Assembly: GCA_017650325.1 (NCBI GenBank)
Contig: JAGCFC010000170.1
Coordinates: 1 to 53,229 of the forward strand
DNA from: Salinivirgaceae bacterium
GTDB taxonomy: Bacteria > Bacteroidota > Bacteroidia > Bacteroidales > SZUA-534
Length of the DNA stretch: 53,229 bases
Direction of reading: 5' to 3'
The notes below the pieces were generated by a model that was not told the DNA's origin, did no database searches, and was given only the letters and a program-made list of their open reading frames with translations. How positions within the stretch are numbered: the stretch's first letter is position 1; each line of letters begins with the position of its first letter. The position numbers and the translations under genes were made by a program. Below, in pieces: positions 52,257 to 53,229 of the stretch.

Positions 52257-52429
52257 GGAGTAAAGAGTAATGAAGGTTGAAAATGTTTGGAGAGTTGAGA
52301 AAGTCAAGAGAGTTTAGAAACTAAACCTTCTAAACTGCGAAGCTCTCAACTTTAAACCTGTTAAACAGCGAAGCGTTTCAACCCGTTAAACTTTAAAACT
52401 AAACACTAAACGTTAAACATTTAAACATT
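52244..52429. repeat. Composite short tandem repeat tract (7-mers, 9-mers, GCGAAGC units)
   Basis: GAGTAAT-type 7-mers, GAGAGTTGA-type 9-mers followed by complementary TAAACC/TCAAC units, and GCGAAGC at 52337 and 52368. Confidence 0.65.
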
Positions 52430-52435
52430 AATAAT

Positions 52436-53229
52436 ATGCAAGCAGATTTACTTCAAACCGTGAAAGAGCGCGCACAAGCGTGGCTCAACACTGCGTCAAT
52501 CGACGACGAGACAAAAAAACAAGTCAAGTATATGATGGAAAACGATGAGAATGAGCTCGTTGAGTCATTCTATCGCGATTTGGAATTCGGCACAGGCGGC
52601 TTGCGCGGAATTATGGGCGCCGGCACCAACCGAATGAACATCTACACCGTGGGAATGGCCACACAGGGCTTGTGCAACTACTTGCTGAAGCAGTTTGCAG
52701 GCAAGGAGATAAAAGTGGCTCTGGCTCATGATAGCCGCAACAATGGCCGCACCTTCTGCGAGGCTGCTGCACGCATCTTCGTGGCAAACGGAATCAAAGT
52801 CTATCTGTTTGATTCTCTGCGTCCGACACCTGAACTTTCGTTCGCAATCCGTTACCTGGGCTGCCAGAGCGGCGTTGTTGTAACAGCATCGCACAACCCA
52901 AAAGAGTACAACGGATACAAGGTTTACTGGGACGATGGAGCGCAAATCATCGCGCCGCACGATACCAATATTATTAACGAGGTGCAGAAAATCACTTCGG
53001 TTGACGAGGTTAAATGGGGCAAGGGCAACGATGGCATAACCATCATCGGTGACGATGTTGACAAACCGTATCTTGAGCGCATCAAGGCTCTTACGCTGTC
53101 GCCTGAGATTATTGCCAAACACAAGGATATGAAGATTGTTTACACCCCGATTCACGGAACGGGCGTGCGCCTTGTGCCGGCAAGCTTGAAAAACTACGGC
53201 TTCGAGAATATTATCCACGTTGACGCACA
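52436..53229 (+). CDS. pgm: Phosphoglucomutase/phosphomannomutase, N-terminal part; runs off the window
   Basis: Manual translation from ATG at 52436: LEFGTGGLRGIMG.GTNRMN, TPELSF, VTASHNPKEYNGYKVY, YTPIHGTG. Confidence 0.95.
   Translation, partial: MQADLLQTVKERAQAWLNTASIDDETKKQVKYMMENDENELVESFYRDLEFGTGGLRGIMGAGTNRMNIYTVGMATQGLCNYLLKQFAGKEIKVALAHDSRNNGRTFCEAAARIFVANGIKVYLFDSLRPTPELSFAIRYLGCQSGVVVTASHNPKEYNGYKVYWDDGAQIIAPHDTNIINEVQKITSVDEVKWGKGNDGITIIGDDVDKPYLERIKALTLSPEIIAKHKDMKIVYTPIHGTGVRLVPASLKNYGFENIIHVDA

Overview
Chromosomal segment of a Bacteroidota (Bacteroidales/Marinilabiliales-like) bacterium, judged from a SusC/SusD pair, an HTCS, TAnnTTTG promoters and signal peptides cleaved before Gln. 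From left to right: dnaK (partial); nfeD-SPFH; a minus-strand operon of a PorE-like OmpA protein, YfiR, a CHASE8 hybrid kinase, STAS, AmgK-RapZ(C), MurU and queH; TPR and a second PorE-like gene; ktrBA; tRNA-Arg(TCT); GH3; an ECF sigma operon; TSCPD; EamA; DUF4954-SIS; a xylan-type PUL (susCD, GH43, SGNH esterase, HTCS, GH8) with three LacI-type operator-like sites; proC; a REP cluster; a defence-like locus; rfbD; and pgm (partial). The defence-like locus (about 42.98-50.32 kb) holds rhuM-PLD, yhcG/DUF1016, a long hairpin leader, a half-methyltransferase and a GIY-YIG-helicase-MTase-TRD enzyme. It is the most unusual region. The rhuM gene has a 25-bp in-frame palindrome, and three more palindromes of the same AACT..AGTT design lie in neighbouring non-coding DNA, one inside a silent copy of the same rhuM coding segment. 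yhcG carries an exactly duplicated 25-bp palindromic segment and is bracketed by 18-bp direct repeats. All calls come from motif recognition by eye; no searches were run.
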